Origin: a virus
Length of the DNA: 64,000 nucleotides
IMG/VR virus record: IMGVR_UViG_3300045988_176431
Span: 96,001-160,000 of that record
Direction: 5' to 3' (one strand)
Position numbers and translations under genes: made by a program. The notes below the pieces were generated by a model, which worked only from the letters and a program-made list of their open reading frames with translations, did not search any database and was not told where the DNA came from. This document shows positions 35,521 to 46,547 of this stretch, piece after piece (position 1 is the stretch's first letter; each line of letters starts with the position of its first letter).

Positions 35521-37782
35521 ATGTTAGAAGAAGTAAATAACTTAAAAACAATTGGACAAAAATTTGAGTACATGAAATCTCATTTATCTCGTAAAAATAT
35601 GAAAGATATTCGTTTCTTATTAGAAACACCTGAGGTAAAACGATATGTACAGTTTATGGTGAATCGCGGAAGAAGTAATATGAAAGATTTTTCAGAAGAA
35701 GAGTATATTCCTCTTTCTGATTTAGTCTTTATATTACAATCTCTTTATAATTATTCGACTGAAGAATCACCAATTTCAGATGAAGATTATGATGTATTAT
35801 ATGAAATTCTTGAAAATAAAGACATCAATATTATTACAACACCTGTTTTACGAAAAGATGTTGTTCATCATAAATATACTCATTTAAGAGGAACTCTTGA
35901 AAAGATTTATGCCTTAGATGATGAGGAGAATATTTCAAATGAAACAAGAAGAAGACTTAGTGATTGGATTAAAACATCAGAAAAGTCAATTAAGGATTCA
36001 ACAGGTGAAGATGTAAATTTATCAAAAGAAGAAGTGTATATCTTTCCTAAATGGGATGGAGTTTCTATCATTTTTGAGATTGACGAGAATAATAAGATAC
36101 AAAGATCCCTTACTCGAGGGAATACTGAGTTAAATGAAGCAGAAGATGTTACCTTTATTTTTAAACTAATTGAAAGTAAAGTTGTATGCCCTGAAATGAA
36201 AGGAAAAGCATATGGCTTAAAAACAGAGGTAATGATGAAAGAAGATGATTTAGCAAAGTATAACAAAGAACACAATACAGATTATAAATCAACTCGTTCA
36301 ATTGTATCTTCTATTATTAATAGTGATGAGGCAGATGGACGAGAACAACTTTTGGAAATCGTAAAATTAAGAACTAGTATTTTAGATAAGGATGGAAATG
36401 AATCCATTGAAACATTAGTTGATGAAGTATTTGATCGTCCATTTTTAGTATGTTCCTTAGAGGATGTAGAAGCAATTCGTAAGTTTTCATTTCAACATCG
36501 ATATGTTGATGGATTACGATGTGATGGCTCTGTTATCTATCTAAAGAATAAAAAACTTCAAAAAGTGTTAGGTCGTAAAGATGCTAAAAATAAATTTGAA
36601 GTTGCTTACAAATTCAATGAAGAATTTGAATATACAAAACTAAAAGACATCATCTTTCAAGTAGGAACTTTTGGTACAATTAACCCAATTGCAATTATTG
36701 ATCCAGTTGTTATTAAAGGAAACACGATTCAGAGAATCTCACTAGGGTCTATGTATCGATTCTGGGATTTGAAATTATCAAAAGGAGATACTGTAAAAGT
36801 AATCTATGAAATCATTCCTTATCTTGTCTTTGATGAAAATGATGAAAAATGTAAAAAGAGTAAGAATCCTTTAATCGAAGCACCAAAGAGATGCCCTGAA
36901 TGTGGGCATAAATTATCTTATAAAATTGATGAAGAGACTGGAAAACCTGTTTTACCAAAATGTGAGAATCCAGATTGTGATTATATAAAGAAAAAGAAGA
37001 TTGTAAATTATATTCAGAAAATGAATATGAGTGGAATTTCTTATGAGACAATTTCTACTTTATATAATTATAAACTCTTAAAATCAATTAAAGATTTATA
37101 TAAGTTAAAGAAGAAAGACATCAAAAATATTCCAGGATTTGCTGAAATATCGGCAAATCATATCATTGATGAAATTAATAATCATCGAAAAGTTGTAGAT
37201 GCAGATTTACTTGGTTCGATTGGAATTGCACATGCTTCTAAGAAATTATTTCAAAAGATATTCAAAATTTATACAATTGATGAATTAATGGATTTTGCAG
37301 ATGCTGATGAAATTGTTCCTCTCACCTGTATCAATGGAATCAAAGATGCGAAAGCAAAGATTGTATTAAAAGGTGTTCAAAAGAATCGTAGTTTGATATT
37401 ATTCCTTATGGATGAATTAGAGATTATTAGTGCTAGAGATTCTAGAACATTTCAGTGTAGATTCAAAGCATGTTTCACTAAGATACGAAGTGAATCCATT
37501 AAACAGTTGATTGAGAGTTTCAATGGCATTGTTGTAGATAATGTAACAAAAGATACAGATTTTCTTATTGTACCAAGTAAGAATACAGAATCATCTTCTG
37601 TTACAAAAGCAAAGAAATATAAAATTCCAATTATTCCAATTGATAATGTTGAATCATATATAAAAGATAGATTTAACATGAAGAAAACTAAAAAACCTAT
37701 GAGTAATGAAGACATGCTTAAGAAAATTTTTAATAATAAAGATGGAATTCATTTTGAAAACGGGGAACTTTTCTTTGATTAA
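35521..37782 (+). CDS. ligA: NAD+-dependent DNA ligase (LigA-like)
   Basis: Adenylation motif KWDG (FPKWDGVSI). Four-Cys Zn finger CPECGHKL..CENPDC. HhH-like region. BRCT-like C-terminus (DFLIVPS..KAKKYKIPII). Confidence 0.8.
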   Translation: MLEEVNNLKTIGQKFEYMKSHLSRKNMKDIRFLLETPEVKRYVQFMVNRGRSNMKDFSEEEYIPLSDLVFILQSLYNYSTEESPISDEDYDVLYEILENKDINIITTPVLRKDVVHHKYTHLRGTLEKIYALDDEENISNETRRRLSDWIKTSEKSIKDSTGEDVNLSKEEVYIFPKWDGVSIIFEIDENNKIQRSLTRGNTELNEAEDVTFIFKLIESKVVCPEMKGKAYGLKTEVMMKEDDLAKYNKEHNTDYKSTRSIVSSIINSDEADGREQLLEIVKLRTSILDKDGNESIETLVDEVFDRPFLVCSLEDVEAIRKFSFQHRYVDGLRCDGSVIYLKNKKLQKVLGRKDAKNKFEVAYKFNEEFEYTKLKDIIFQVGTFGTINPIAIIDPVVIKGNTIQRISLGSMYRFWDLKLSKGDTVKVIYEIIPYLVFDENDEKCKKSKNPLIEAPKRCPECGHKLSYKIDEETGKPVLPKCENPDCDYIKKKKIVNYIQKMNMSGISYETISTLYNYKLLKSIKDLYKLKKKDIKNIPGFAEISANHIIDEINNHRKVVDADLLGSIGIAHASKKLFQKIFKIYTIDELMDFADADEIVPLTCINGIKDAKAKIVLKGVQKNRSLILFLMDELEIISARDSRTFQCRFKACFTKIRSESIKQLIESFNGIVVDNVTKDTDFLIVPSKNTESSSVTKAKKYKIPIIPIDNVESYIKDRFNMKKTKKPMSNEDMLKKIFNNKDGIHFENGELFFD

Positions 37783-37796
37783 TCTCATTTCAATAT

Positions 37797-37843
37797 GATA
37801 AAAAAGAAGAACAGAGAATTTACTCTCTGTTCTTCTTTTTTTT
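37797..37843. terminator. bidirectional terminator
   Basis: 14-bp stem AAGAAGAACAGAGA / TCTCTGTTCTTCTT flanked by A- and T-runs, between convergent genes. Confidence 0.75.
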
Positions 37844-37846
37844 ATT

Positions 37847-38431
37847 TTATAAGTAATATTTTGGATAAGATTCATTAAATAATTTATGACGAATCACATC
37901 ATCAACAACGATTCCTACTAATGATAATAAGAACCATAAATTTGAAAATAATAAACAAATTTGTCCAAGTAGATTATATGCTTGATTAGAATAATCCCAA
38001 ACATCTAAGTGTAACCATAAATTTAGAACACATCCTGATACAAATTCTAATCCTGTAATAATTAAAGATGAAATAACCATTTGTGTTACAATACTCATAG
38101 TTACTAATTCATTGATTAAACCAATAAGAACAAAACATAATCCACCACAAATAAGCATTGATATATGTGTTCGTCCTCGAAAAGCAACTTCGATAGAACC
38201 ATAGATTGCAGATCCAATAATGAATAACATACAACCTTTAAAAAATCGCTTAACTGAAAGAGGAGTTTCTTTTTCACTTCCTACCTGAAATTGCATTACA
38301 AATAAAAATCCCCATAAGATACCCATAAGAAGACATCCTATAAATTTTATATTTATCATATACATAGATATGATTCCAGATAAAAATCCTGCAATAAAGA
38401 AACTAATAAATTCTTTCATATTTTTTTTCAT
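37847..38431 (-). CDS. polytopic membrane protein (..DVWDYS.. motif)
   Basis: 194 aa with about 6 TM segments. The motif LHLDVWDYSNQAYNLLGQICL recalls the 'putative ABC-transporter type IV' membrane family; this is from memory, not searched. Confidence 0.55.
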   Translation of the reverse strand: MKKNMKEFISFFIAGFLSGIISMYMINIKFIGCLLMGILWGFLFVMQFQVGSEKETPLSVKRFFKGCMLFIIGSAIYGSIEVAFRGRTHISMLICGGLCFVLIGLINELVTMSIVTQMVISSLIITGLEFVSGCVLNLWLHLDVWDYSNQAYNLLGQICLLFSNLWFLLSLVGIVVDDVIRHKLFNESYPKYYL

Positions 38432-38440
38432 AAAACCACC

Positions 38441-38701
38441 TCAGACAATCACAATATCACTTACTGCTTGTGTTGCAGCAGATATTAATAATACCTCACG
38501 ACCTGTTACAGATGGCTTCTCTCTTTCTGGAAGTGATGTAGAGACAACAACTTTTGGTCCAATATCATCCTTTAAAGTTGTTCCATCTGTACGTGTTACA
38601 ACACTTTCAATATTTGTTTCAGGATATATAACATCTCTATCTAATGGTTTACTAGCATTAGCTGGAGGTGCATAAATTCTACCTTTTGTAATTACTGCCA
38701 T
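38441..38701 (-). CDS. small structural-module protein
   Basis: ATG 38701 (MAVITKGRIYAPP..) follows GGAAAGGAAGGTG. Shares a 25-nt leader with the giant gene. Confidence 0.6.
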   Translation of the reverse strand: MAVITKGRIYAPPANASKPLDRDVIYPETNIESVVTRTDGTTLKDDIGPKVVVSTSLPEREKPSVTGREVLLISAATQAVSDIVIV

Positions 38702-38741
38702 AATTGACACCTTCCTTTCCTAATTTTTTAATATATTGTCT

Positions 38742-38984
38742 TTACCAATCTTGTTTAAACATTTTAAAAATATCAGCATCAGGTACCTCTTCTTCACCTG
38801 TTGGTACTAACATGAAATCTGAATTATTGGATTCTTTTATAGAAGATGTAATAGTTGGACGATTTAATACATTATCATATCTTGTTGTTGGAAAGATAAT
38901 TCTTTTTTTCTTTTTTGCACCATCTTCTTCAATAATCTCATGAAAAAAACTGTCAGAATATCCAACATTCTTTAATTTACCCAT
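38742..38984 (-). CDS. hypothetical protein
   Basis: 80-aa ORF with RBS GAAAGGAAGTG. Confidence 0.55.
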   Translation of the reverse strand: MGKLKNVGYSDSFFHEIIEEDGAKKKKRIIFPTTRYDNVLNRPTITSSIKESNNSDFMLVPTGEEEVPDADIFKMFKQDW

Positions 38985-39003
38985 ATAGATTCACTTCCTT
39001 TCT

Positions 39004-39180
39004 CTATTCCCCAGTCAAGTAAACATGCTTAATAGAATTATCAAGATTTAATTGATAATTTTCTACTGTACCATCATTTGGCGTGGCAATCATGAAATGA
39101 TCTGTTGGAATATTTTCCATATTAGATTTTTTATCTACAATTGCGTTACTTACATTAAAGTCACGAACATCACTACTCAT
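39004..39180 (-). CDS. hypothetical small protein (58 aa)
   Basis: Not in the track. ATG 39180 follows GAGGTG. Fills an otherwise empty gap in the operon. Confidence 0.45.
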   Translation of the reverse strand: MSSDVRDFNVSNAIVDKKSNMENIPTDHFMIATPNDGTVENYQLNLDNSIKHVYLTGE

Positions 39181-39194
39181 ATTATCACCTCATT

Positions 39195-40496
39195 CTACCA
39201 TTTTAATGTACTATTAATTGTGTAATTGGTTAATTCTTCCGTATCTGAGAAGTTTCCAGATGCATTCTTCAAACCAACAAAGAATCCACTCAAATCTGTA
39301 GAATCTTTTGTAAGTCTACCATCAATTGTTTCAACTCTTCCAAATAAATCTTCTAAGTCTTTCATTGAAGTTTCTGCATCTTCAATATCCTCAGTAATAC
39401 CTTTTGCATATACATTACGGAATCTTTCAATCCATAAAGTAATACCGTTAACAATTTCTTCACCTGGTTCTGAAGGATTAACATAAACAGCACCAGAAAA
39501 ACCAACTTTAGCAATTGTTTTTAAAGCAGATTCATAAGCTGGTAATTGAATAAAGTTAATAATACGATTATATGGATTATTATAATCCGTTGGTAAAATT
39601 GTATAATTATCTTTTGTTACAAAGGAACCAATGTAAAGATGAGTAAGAGCAATGATTCTTTCATTCATTTTATCATCATCAATTAATGATTTATAAACTT
39701 TTAAAGCATTTTCATCTTTTACAACATAATCAAGAGCAAGTTTCATTTTATGTAATGAAACATTCATGATTTTAATTGTACAATATTTGGAATTTTCACG
39801 TGTAATATTGAGTTCATCAAATACAGAAAGACTGAATTGATTTAATCTTACATATCCATTCTTTAAAAATGTTGTAACTCCACCATTTTGATCATAACTC
39901 GTGATCAAATATTGTACTTTTGCATTAGATTCTTCGTATCCTTTTTCATCAAAAAGTTTTTTCTCAGAAAGTAAAGTTTCATCTTCACCATCATAATTCT
40001 TTACAATCTGATTATAGATACCTGCACAAAAATCAATTAATGCAAGGTCTCTTGGACGAGCCATAAGATTTAAATAAATACCATTCATTTCTTGTGAGAA
40101 TGTAAATGAACCATTCTTCTCTAATAAGTTATTACTGTAAATTCCACCTGCACCATATTCGATTTTATTTGAATTTTGAATAAAATCCTGTAAATCAATC
40201 ATAGTTGTCATAAAGAACGTGTTTTCAACATCTTTACAATTATAAGAAGCAGGATATTTGAATTTTGGATAATCATTTTTTAAAGCACTTAATTGTGCAA
40301 TATAATCATCTAATTTTAATTTTTCACGATCAAAATAAATAAGAGAACCATCAGATACTCTTTTATAAGCAACTTCACCTGTTCTTTTATCCATTAACGA
40401 TTCACCATTTACTCCACGTTCTCGGTACTTCGTATCTAAGAACGAAGTACCGAAACGCAAGTTTGGTTGAATTGATGATACTGATGTGTTAGCCAC
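39195..40496 (-). CDS. virion structural protein candidate
   Basis: 433-aa ORF with GTG start after GAAAGGAG. Lies directly downstream of the giant fibre-like gene. Confidence 0.6.
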   Translation of the reverse strand: MANTSVSSIQPNLRFGTSFLDTKYRERGVNGESLMDKRTGEVAYKRVSDGSLIYFDREKLKLDDYIAQLSALKNDYPKFKYPASYNCKDVENTFFMTTMIDLQDFIQNSNKIEYGAGGIYSNNLLEKNGSFTFSQEMNGIYLNLMARPRDLALIDFCAGIYNQIVKNYDGEDETLLSEKKLFDEKGYEESNAKVQYLITSYDQNGGVTTFLKNGYVRLNQFSLSVFDELNITRENSKYCTIKIMNVSLHKMKLALDYVVKDENALKVYKSLIDDDKMNERIIALTHLYIGSFVTKDNYTILPTDYNNPYNRIINFIQLPAYESALKTIAKVGFSGAVYVNPSEPGEEIVNGITLWIERFRNVYAKGITEDIEDAETSMKDLEDLFGRVETIDGRLTKDSTDLSGFFVGLKNASGNFSDTEELTNYTINSTLKW

Positions 40497-40509
40497 AATA
40501 TCACTCCTT

Positions 40510-43500
40510 TCAAACTTTTGTTTTTTCAGATTCTATTTCTGTTTCAATAAATTCATCATCATTTCCAGTCATATAAACATTCCATCTATCATGGTCATCT
40601 CCATGATAATAAACATCAGGGTCTAATAAAAGAACATGTGATGGATCTGGATGTTTAACTCCTTCATGAATTTGCTTTACAACATTAATTGCATAAGCAG
40701 TTTTTGTATTTCTAGTTTTCTCATAATCGAAAAGATAGAAATTATTTGTATTTTCATCTTGATATAAATCGAATGTATTATTTGCATTCGTTATTTCTGG
40801 TATATCCGGGTCATATTCTTCAATATGAATACCATCTTTTGAAATATAGTATTCATATCTTGCTACACTTTTTCTTCGAACTTGATAGAAGAATATCCCA
40901 TTAGTGTAACTCATCATAATTTGATTGTAATCTTTTATAGTATCAGTATTCCAATCATAGAAATTTAATCCATTTGTAGAATACATAACTTTATCAGAAA
41001 GTACAATATAAACCATATTTTCAATGGAATGAATCATATCAAATTGAACTTCTTCTGTACAGTTCGGGTAAATATTTAGTTGAGTAATATCATAAGTTTT
41101 ATCTACTAAGTAAATTGAATTTTCTTTCTTCGCATATACTTTATCGATATTATAAAAATATGGAGAATATACCAAGTTTTGATTAATTTCTTCATCTGTT
41201 AATACTTTTGAAATAACCCAATGTTTTCCATCTTGTGTTTCAGCAACTGCCCGATTTACTCGAATTGGATTATCATTTTTATACACATCACCAAAAACAG
41301 CAAGTCTATCTTCAAAAGATAAAACTGCTTCTGGGTATAAGTGATAACGATTTGATAATTTATCTTTTACCGTTATTTTTTTACGATACCAAGATTCTGC
41401 ATCTGTACTCATATAATAATATACTGAATACAATGAGAAGATATACCATTCTCCTTTATTATAAACAACCTTGATATCTTTATTATTTGTTTTTTCTTCA
41501 ATTCCAAAATCAGTAAATGTTAATTTCTTAGAAAGACCATTGAATCCGTTATTGATAAACATCTCAATTCTATCAGGACATCCATAAGAAACAAATCGTT
41601 TACCATTGATTTCTTCATTAAATATAATTGATTCATAATCTTCCGGTTCATCATTAACATTGATTAATTCTTCATAAAGATCTCTCATAATAATATCACA
41701 TTGATCAATCGTTACTTCATGTGAGTCATACCGATAGAAGAGTTTATAAATCAATGAGAAATTGTATCGAATATCATCATGAATGAAAGTTGTTAACTCA
41801 CCAACAGCTAATTTCTTAGGAAGAAGTCTATTATAATAGAATGCTTCAAAGAAATAAGTTTCAATACTTAAATCACGTTCATATTCTTCTGGCTCTTCAC
41901 AAATATGATTATCTGGTGTTTTTCCAGTAATGTCAGTGATTACTCGGTCACGAACTTCATCTTCCATAAAAATTTCATTTAATAAATCAGAAATTGTATA
42001 GTAATTCTTAGCATCACAACCATAATATTCCCAATCCCTATCTTTTTCATAGATTTCTAAGTTGTGAAGAGAATGTACACCAGCAAGTTTAAGTTCAAAA
42101 GGACCAACTGGATAAATGTTATTTCTGCTGATTCTTCGACCGTTTAAATATACTTCAAAATAGCGAATATCAAATGGTTTATCAATGTATCCACGTAAAT
42201 CAATAGTTAGAATATTTGGATTTAAATCATCATCCGTTTTATCATATTTTAATTCTCGTTGATAATAAACTAACTTATTACGATATGGTGTCACATCAAC
42301 TGCAATATCGCTTTCTTTTTTGATAATATCAAGTAACTGAACTCTAGGATATCCGTATCTAAATTGTCCTTCATTCAAAAGTAATTCATAACGATTCTTC
42401 GAAATCAAACGACCATCACGGAATACTCGAATATATTCATTACTTCCACTATCTTTCTTAAATACATAATTTGGATCATCACCAACCTTATCAAGAACTT
42501 CATCTGTTGTATAATATATGTAAGTATCTTGAATTGGATTAGGTTCTGGTTCATCTTTATACCCAAGCGAATTAAAATGATAATAAATAGAATAGTAATC
42601 ATCTCTACCATAATAATCACCAGTTATTTGATTTTCAAATCGGTCTATAAAAAGAGTTTGATTAGATAAAGCAATATCAAAGCATGGATAATTCGTATAC
42701 TCCATTTTTTTATGAATTAAAGAAGATTCTTTTTTCAAAGAAATCTCAATCTCTTTATCTAAGAAATCATCATCAAGGCAAGTAATTCTTACTTTTGAGA
42801 CATTTGCTAATAATACTCCGTTTGTCCGATCAAGTGAACTCTTTCCTTTAGCAACTTTATCATATGAAATATATGATTGATTTCTTTTAATTATCATTGC
42901 ATCATTTGTTTCATAAACCGATATTGGAACATAAAGATTTCCTTTTTCATCTCCATAATGAATCAAACGATATAATTCATCGATTGTAATATCTTTTTCT
43001 CGAATTCTTTGACCATTAAAAGTATAATAACTTCCATCTTCTAAATAATATCCCTGTCCAACATGTAAGAAATAAATCTTTCCATCTTCAATATTATAAT
43101 TACCACCATCTGCAATGATTTGATTTACTTCTTCTACTGTGTACTTTGTTTCTGAAAGTTTTTTACCTTTACTATCGTAATGATAGAAATAATCATAAGA
43201 ATAATCTTTTGCATAGTAATCCAAATCAGTTGGATTCTTATACACAATTGTTGTATATTGTCTTTGAATCAACCCTTCAGGTAAATCAATTTCGATCAAA
43301 GTTTCAATACATTCACCAGCACTATTAAAATGAACATAATATCGATTTACAACCAAGTTATTATTAATATCAAACTCATCTTTCATGACAGGAACATAGA
43401 TATCTTCAGTTGTCGGGTCAATTAATGTAGCATATAAATAAACTTTTTCTTCCCGTTTCACATAGGCTGTAATCATCTTTTCTGTGTCTACATAATAATT

Positions 43501-45990
43501 TTCTTTATCCGATAAGAATTCTACCTGAAAACTATTTTTATCATAATATTCGTTATCATTTAACGGGTTCTTAAAATATAAATCAGATAGACTTGGTTTA
43601 ATTAATTCATTATCCGGAAATTCTAAAATGACACTATCATTTTTTTCTGTAAATGTAATTGAATATTTTTTCGTGTATGTTGGAAACGTTTCTATTTCAA
43701 CAAATGAATCTTCATTAATTAATCTTGTCGGAATATAAATATAATCTTGATAATCATATGCTTTCTGATAGTATTCTGTACATAAGAAACCATCAATAAA
43801 GATTCGACAAGAGAAATAATTTGTATCCTGTAAGTGTTCGAAAATGAATAAGTAACATGATTCTGGTAATGAACCAATATTTTGTCCTTCATATTCTGTT
43901 CGTAAACGTTTTTCCATCTGTTCCTTATCAAAATAGAAATCATATTTAATTGATGTCTTATTTTGACAAAGCACATATTTTCTTAATGCTTCTGGGTCGT
44001 CTTTAATAAATTCTTTTAATTTACGAATACGATATTCAAAAGCAGTCATTGTATTTTCATAATGCTTATCAACTGGAAGAATACCAGTTTCATCAGTAGT
44101 TCCATCTTGATAAGTACCCATCATATAATCAATATCGTCATATACATAATTTACAATATCATGAAACACGATAGCATTAAATACAGTATAAAATTGATAA
44201 GCAATCAAGGTATGTTTTTCTTCATCTGTTAAATCACCACTTAAATATAAATCATTATCTTTTAATTGATTCAAATCACCAAAGAATAATTTATAAATGG
44301 AATTAATAGATTTGATTTCTACATCATCTAACATGATATAAGCATCCCTTGTTGTAATCATTTCTTTTAACTTCTCATCATCAATTGAGAATTGATTGTC
44401 TACATCTAAATCCCCAAAATAAATAGCATTGATAACTTTTTCAATACTTAAATTATTTTCTGGATTACGACACCATTTCTCATAAAGATAATAGTAGAAG
44501 AATTTATACATATTCTCATAATGAAGATCATATTCTGGATAATAGAAGAAATAAACACGGATTTTATCATTCGGTTCAATATTTCTTATTTTATATCTGG
44601 ATTTTATTTTAACTTTTCCATCATCAATTAACTTATCCAATTCTTCTACAGTAATATCTTCTGTAAGCATATACTGATCATCTTCATCATATTTTTTACC
44701 ATCACTTGTATAGTAATAGCCATTACTCAGAATATAAATAGTTTCCTGTTCATTTAATATCTGATAATTATTCGGATAATAACAAGAAACTTTTTCATTC
44801 GAAACAATCTCCCATTCTTTATATCCATCTTCCGTGATGTTATCTTCACTTACTTTAAAGATCATTAAGTCTTCTTTTGGAATTGGCATTCCGTAGTTTG
44901 TAAATTGATTATTTTTAAAAAGCATGAAAATATTAGAAGAAGCTTTCATCTCTTCATCAATCATTTTCTCTCTACAATCAATAAATTTACCAAGAGTACC
45001 ATTATATTTCTTTAAATAACGATAGAAAATAAATCGGATTGTAAAATTACCATTGTGATTTTTAATTTGTTCTTTTGTAGTTTCATCAAGGTCTAAGATT
45101 ATTTCATCTCCGTTTACAGTAACATCAATTAAGTTAGAACCTAATTGGTTATTACCAAAATATACAACTGCAAAATAAGAACCTTTATCTTCTGAATATA
45201 ATCCAAAATTGGAGAAATCACTTCCATAAATATCTCCATAATCCGCAATCAAAGAATTCTTTATATAAGTCATACTTAAACGACCAAATGGCTTTTTTTC
45301 ACCTGCTTGTAAGGTCATCATTCCCTGATTTGTTGACATCTCAAAGAAACCGATTTCTTTTTTTAATTTTATCTTATCAATATAATTTGTATTATTGATT
45401 ACTTGTAATACATAGTTATGACCAGCATAATAGTTTTCTTTATGAGTAATATCGTATTTCTTTTCTCTCATAAAGTATTCACCCAATGGTAGGATTGCTA
45501 CAAAATGGTCATCATATACTCTTACCTTAAAATCCCGTAAAACTTTATTATCAAAGATTAAAATAGGGATACGGTAAAAAAGCTCGTTATGAGAAATCAA
45601 ATCCATATAATCAATTTCTTTCCCATAAAAGTCAACATCGCTTTGTGATACACCATTAATATTATACATTTTTGGTGCACGATATTTTTCTCTCTTATCA
45701 ACAGGTATCAATTCTACATTAAAGTCAATACAAACTCTTCGTTTGTCATCAAAATACATATCACCGTATTCTGGACTATCAGCAATCACATTATTCTCAA
45801 AGAAGTTCTTCACAGTATTTCTTGTTGTATAAGAAAATTCTTCGTATTGAATAAGATTTTTTTGTAATCGATACAGATAGGAAAAAGAATTATCAAGAGT
45901 AGCTCTTAATCCAATATCTGTTGATTTATTATCAAAGGTATTATTAGTTAGAGCTTCTGTTAAAAACTCTTTCGTTGGTTTTAACACCAT
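40510..45990 (-). CDS. giant (1826 aa) tail fibre / baseplate-like structural protein
   Basis: Uninterrupted 5.5-kb ORF, Y/N/D-rich, with internal ~45-aa repeats (..YT(V/I)EE(L/V)..(L/I)I.(D/Y)G..). RBS GGAAAGGAAGGTG. The function is inferred from size and context only. Confidence 0.6.
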   Translation of the reverse strand: MVLKPTKEFLTEALTNNTFDNKSTDIGLRATLDNSFSYLYRLQKNLIQYEEFSYTTRNTVKNFFENNVIADSPEYGDMYFDDKRRVCIDFNVELIPVDKREKYRAPKMYNINGVSQSDVDFYGKEIDYMDLISHNELFYRIPILIFDNKVLRDFKVRVYDDHFVAILPLGEYFMREKKYDITHKENYYAGHNYVLQVINNTNYIDKIKLKKEIGFFEMSTNQGMMTLQAGEKKPFGRLSMTYIKNSLIADYGDIYGSDFSNFGLYSEDKGSYFAVVYFGNNQLGSNLIDVTVNGDEIILDLDETTKEQIKNHNGNFTIRFIFYRYLKKYNGTLGKFIDCREKMIDEEMKASSNIFMLFKNNQFTNYGMPIPKEDLMIFKVSEDNITEDGYKEWEIVSNEKVSCYYPNNYQILNEQETIYILSNGYYYTSDGKKYDEDDQYMLTEDITVEELDKLIDDGKVKIKSRYKIRNIEPNDKIRVYFFYYPEYDLHYENMYKFFYYYLYEKWCRNPENNLSIEKVINAIYFGDLDVDNQFSIDDEKLKEMITTRDAYIMLDDVEIKSINSIYKLFFGDLNQLKDNDLYLSGDLTDEEKHTLIAYQFYTVFNAIVFHDIVNYVYDDIDYMMGTYQDGTTDETGILPVDKHYENTMTAFEYRIRKLKEFIKDDPEALRKYVLCQNKTSIKYDFYFDKEQMEKRLRTEYEGQNIGSLPESCYLFIFEHLQDTNYFSCRIFIDGFLCTEYYQKAYDYQDYIYIPTRLINEDSFVEIETFPTYTKKYSITFTEKNDSVILEFPDNELIKPSLSDLYFKNPLNDNEYYDKNSFQVEFLSDKENYYVDTEKMITAYVKREEKVYLYATLIDPTTEDIYVPVMKDEFDINNNLVVNRYYVHFNSAGECIETLIEIDLPEGLIQRQYTTIVYKNPTDLDYYAKDYSYDYFYHYDSKGKKLSETKYTVEEVNQIIADGGNYNIEDGKIYFLHVGQGYYLEDGSYYTFNGQRIREKDITIDELYRLIHYGDEKGNLYVPISVYETNDAMIIKRNQSYISYDKVAKGKSSLDRTNGVLLANVSKVRITCLDDDFLDKEIEISLKKESSLIHKKMEYTNYPCFDIALSNQTLFIDRFENQITGDYYGRDDYYSIYYHFNSLGYKDEPEPNPIQDTYIYYTTDEVLDKVGDDPNYVFKKDSGSNEYIRVFRDGRLISKNRYELLLNEGQFRYGYPRVQLLDIIKKESDIAVDVTPYRNKLVYYQRELKYDKTDDDLNPNILTIDLRGYIDKPFDIRYFEVYLNGRRISRNNIYPVGPFELKLAGVHSLHNLEIYEKDRDWEYYGCDAKNYYTISDLLNEIFMEDEVRDRVITDITGKTPDNHICEEPEEYERDLSIETYFFEAFYYNRLLPKKLAVGELTTFIHDDIRYNFSLIYKLFYRYDSHEVTIDQCDIIMRDLYEELINVNDEPEDYESIIFNEEINGKRFVSYGCPDRIEMFINNGFNGLSKKLTFTDFGIEEKTNNKDIKVVYNKGEWYIFSLYSVYYYMSTDAESWYRKKITVKDKLSNRYHLYPEAVLSFEDRLAVFGDVYKNDNPIRVNRAVAETQDGKHWVISKVLTDEEINQNLVYSPYFYNIDKVYAKKENSIYLVDKTYDITQLNIYPNCTEEVQFDMIHSIENMVYIVLSDKVMYSTNGLNFYDWNTDTIKDYNQIMMSYTNGIFFYQVRRKSVARYEYYISKDGIHIEEYDPDIPEITNANNTFDLYQDENTNNFYLFDYEKTRNTKTAYAINVVKQIHEGVKHPDPSHVLLLDPDVYYHGDDHDRWNVYMTGNDDEFIETEIESEKTKV

Positions 45991-46120
45991 CCGAATCTCA
46001 CCTTCCTTTCCTAATTTTTTAATTATACTAATGTTTTTTGGGATAAAATATATGAAATTTGAAAGAATACAATTGAATCAACTCTTATATAAAAAGACAT
46101 ATATGAAAGGAGTAAACTAC

Positions 46121-46405
46121 ATGTTTGCTGAAAATGAAATACTAATTTATAAATCAATTATTAAAGAAATTAAAGAATTATGGTGGGCTTGTAATTTAAA
46201 AGAACAAGCAAAAGTTCTTAGTAATAAATTACATCCTTGGTTAATAAGAAATCTAAATGCTGAGAATTTAGATAAACAGATAGAACATTTAAATAATTTG
46301 AATTTAGGTATAATATTAAAACCGGAAAATTCATTTATTGTTTTATATATTAAAACTCGAAATATGAGATATTATCAGATTGATGAGTTTTTATTAAATT
46401 TGTAA
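46121..46405 (+). CDS. hypothetical protein
   Basis: ATG 46121 follows GAAAGGAG; 94 aa. Confidence 0.55.
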   Translation: MFAENEILIYKSIIKEIKELWWACNLKEQAKVLSNKLHPWLIRNLNAENLDKQIEHLNNLNLGIILKPENSFIVLYIKTRNMRYYQIDEFLLNL

Positions 46406-46447
46406 GCCAGTTATGTTTTTGCGTAACCTCTTATTTTATTTTTTGGG

Positions 46448-46482
46448 TTGACCTAGTGAAGATTTATACTTCACTAGGTCAA
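46448..46482 (+). terminator. hairpin terminator (weak T-run)
   Basis: 14-bp stem TTGACCTAGTGAAG / CTTCACTAGGTCAA. Confidence 0.55.
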
Positions 46483-46547
46483 TTTACCGTTATATTTTAT
46501 TATAAAAAACAGTAATTTAAGAATTTTAAAGAAAGTTGGTGAATAAA

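Noticed and set aside
38370-38675. Plus-strand ORFs 38370..38675, 38704..38943 and 39226..39486
   Set aside because: They are antisense shadows of the minus-strand structural operon and have no RBS.
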